64,000 bases of DNA from an uncultured Thermoleophilia bacterium (GTDB lineage Bacteria; Actinomycetota; Thermoleophilia; UBA2241), in contig CAVQSP010000013.1 in the NCBI GenBank assembly GCA_963715985.1, positions 192,001 to 256,000 on the forward strand. Reading direction: 5' to 3'. Below are positions 62,322 through 64,000 of this stretch, piece by piece. Position 1 is the first letter of the stretch, and each line of letters begins with the position of its first letter. The translations under genes were made by a program, and so were the position numbers. The notes beneath the pieces are model-generated. The model did no database searches. It had not been told where the DNA came from and saw only the letters and a program-made list of their open reading frames with translations.

Positions 62322-63596
62322 TTGACCGTGGACTCTCCGGACCAGGTCCGGCCTGCCGACAGCACCGAGGAACGTTCCGCCGGCGGAGGCCGCCGACCGT
62401 CAGGCAGGTCGTGATCACGACCGGTACCATCTGGCGGGCGGTCGCGATCGTCCTCGTTACCCTGGCCGCGCTCTGGGGGCTCAACCAGATGCGCAGCCTC
62501 GTCATGATGCTGGTCGTCTCGCTGTTCTTCGCGCTCGCCCTGACACCAGGGGTCAACTACCTGCATGCCAAACGGGGCTGGCGCCGCGGCGCTGGCCGTC
62601 GGCGGTGATCTACGTGGTCGGCATCGTGGCCGTCGTCGTGATGCTCGTGCTGATCGTGCCGGCGATCGCCAAGGTCGGCGGGCACATCAGCCAGAACGGA
62701 ACGCAGTGGATGACCAGTCTGGACGGCTGGACGTCCTCGAAGCTCGGCTTCCACATCGTCGACAAGCAGGCGTACAAGGACGGTGCGGTCACCGTCGGCG
62801 AGTTTCTCAAGCAGTGGGCCGGCAAGCTGCTGCCGGCGGCGGGCAAGCTCGTGTCGACCGGCGCGGGCCTGGTCTTCGAGGTCGCCACGATCGGTCTGTT
62901 CACCTTCTACCTGACGGCCGACTTCCCGCGGCTGCAGCGGGCCTTCCTCTCGTGGTTCAAGCCCGGCGCAGCAGGAGCGCCTGGGCTGGACGGTGGACCA
63001 GTCGATCAAGCAGGTCGGCGGCTACCTGTACTCGCGCCTGCTGCTGACCGTCATCAACGGCCTCGGGTTCCTGGCCGTGATGGTCGCGGTCGGCGTCCCG
63101 ACCGGGCTGGCCATCCCGCTGGCCGTGTTCGGCGGCTTCGTCTCCGAGTTCATCCCGAGCGTGGGGACGTACATCGGAGGCGCGGTCCCGGTCGTGCTCA
63201 CGCTCGCGCTCGCGGGCCTGGTCCCGGCGCTCATCGTCGTCGCCTACATCGTGGTCTACCAGCAGATCGAGAACTACTGGCTGAGCCCCAGGATCAGCGC
63301 GAAGACGATGGAGCTCAACGGCGGTCTGGCGTTCGGCGCGGCCATCGCCGGCGGCGCCTTGTTCGGCCCCATGGGGGCCTTCATGGCGCTGCCCGTGGCC
63401 GCGCTCATCGTGGCGGTGCTGCACAACTACCGCCACGCGTACCCGGTCTTCTATCAGTCTCAGTACGCCGACGCGGCGGACAAGGCCGCGGCGGCAGCGG
63501 CCGCGGCGGACGACGAACCGGGTGGGACGAGCCGGCAGGTCGAGTACGATCGTCCCGGATCCGGGACGAGGAGGAGCGCAGTGCAGCAGAAGGTAG
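62322..63596 (+). CDS. AI-2E family transporter (frameshifts; ends approximate)
   Basis: ALALTP, FTFYLTAD, FIPSVGTYIG, YQQIENYWLSPRI, GAFMALP. Confidence 0.85.
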
Positions 63597-64000
63597 ACTG
63601 GGAGGAGCGCAGGGCGGAGCTCGCGGAGGCCGTGTGGCGCACCATCGCGCACCGGGGCCTCGAGAACACCTCGATCCGCAACATCGCCGAGGAGACCCAC
63701 TGGACGCGCGGCGTGCTGCAACGCTACTTCCGTGACAAGGACGAGCTCATGCTGTTCGCGTACGAGCTCGCGAGCGACCACGCCGTCTCCGTCAATGTGC
63801 GGGCCGTCGGCGATGCAAGGAGGCTCGAAGCCCTGCGCCGTCGCCTGATCGCCTACGCTCGTCCCGACGCCGAGCAGCGCCAGGTGATGGAAGTCCTCAG
63901 CGCCTTCGCGGTGCATGCCAGGACCCAGCCCGAGCTCACCGCGGCCATCCGCCACAGGTACGGCGAGTGGGTTGGCGTTACGCAGGCCATCTTCCGCGAC
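63581..64000 (+). CDS. TetR/BetI-like transcriptional regulator (runs off the window)
   Basis: GAGGAGGAG RBS, GTG start; ERRAELAEAVWRTIAHRGLENTSIRNIAEE...LQRYFRDKDEL. Confidence 0.9.
   Translation, partial: MQQKVDWEERRAELAEAVWRTIAHRGLENTSIRNIAEETHWTRGVLQRYFRDKDELMLFAYELASDHAVSVNVRAVGDARRLEALRRRLIAYARPDAEQRQVMEVLSAFAVHARTQPELTAAIRHRYGEWVGVTQAIFRD

Noticed and set aside
1-64000. Widespread pseudogenisation or programmed frameshifting (nuoN, nuoG, nuoCD, qcrB, tag, cls, hdhA and others)
   Set aside because: Breaks are 1-2 nt shifts in GC runs, catalytic motifs are intact, and no nonsense decay is evident. This is typical of unpolished long-read sequence.
1-64000. CRISPR array, IS elements, prophage or defence genes, rRNA
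   Set aside because: No regularly spaced repeats, transposase, integrase, phage or rRNA signatures were seen.

Overview
High-GC (roughly 70%) bacterial chromosomal DNA, most likely from Actinomycetota (di-haem QcrC-type bcc complex, CGNR zinc-finger protein). A deep-branching class such as Thermoleophilia is a guess. Many 1-2 nt frameshifts in essential genes point to long-read indel errors, so split ORFs are rejoined here and some ends are approximate. Layout: (1) 1-27.6 kb is a respiratory supercluster. A complete E. coli-type complex I operon (nuoA-B-CD-E-N, minus strand) diverges from qcrCAB, ctaB, a caa3-type oxidase with fused subunits I/III, and copper-handling genes. (2) 31.7-45.6 kb is a potassium locus with kdpFABC, a split KdpD, KdpE, several small membrane proteins, and a Na+/K+-ATPase-like (P2C-like) pump coupled to two TrkA/RCK genes. 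(3) 45.7-55.9 kb holds tRNA-Glu, tRNA-Lys, a candidate sRNA, purH, tag, LEA-like proteins and a PadR operon. (4) 55.9-64 kb holds a NOX/ferric-reductase-like flavocytochrome, a multihaem cytochrome c, hdhA, TMEM175 and cls, then an AI-2E transporter and a TetR gene. Best candidates for new biology: four identically spaced KdpE-box promoters that appear to define an extended K+ regulon (P2C-like ATPase, RCK pair, unknown small membrane proteins); a NuoF with Ala at the E183 NADH/NADPH specificity position; and the flavocytochrome-multihaem pair.
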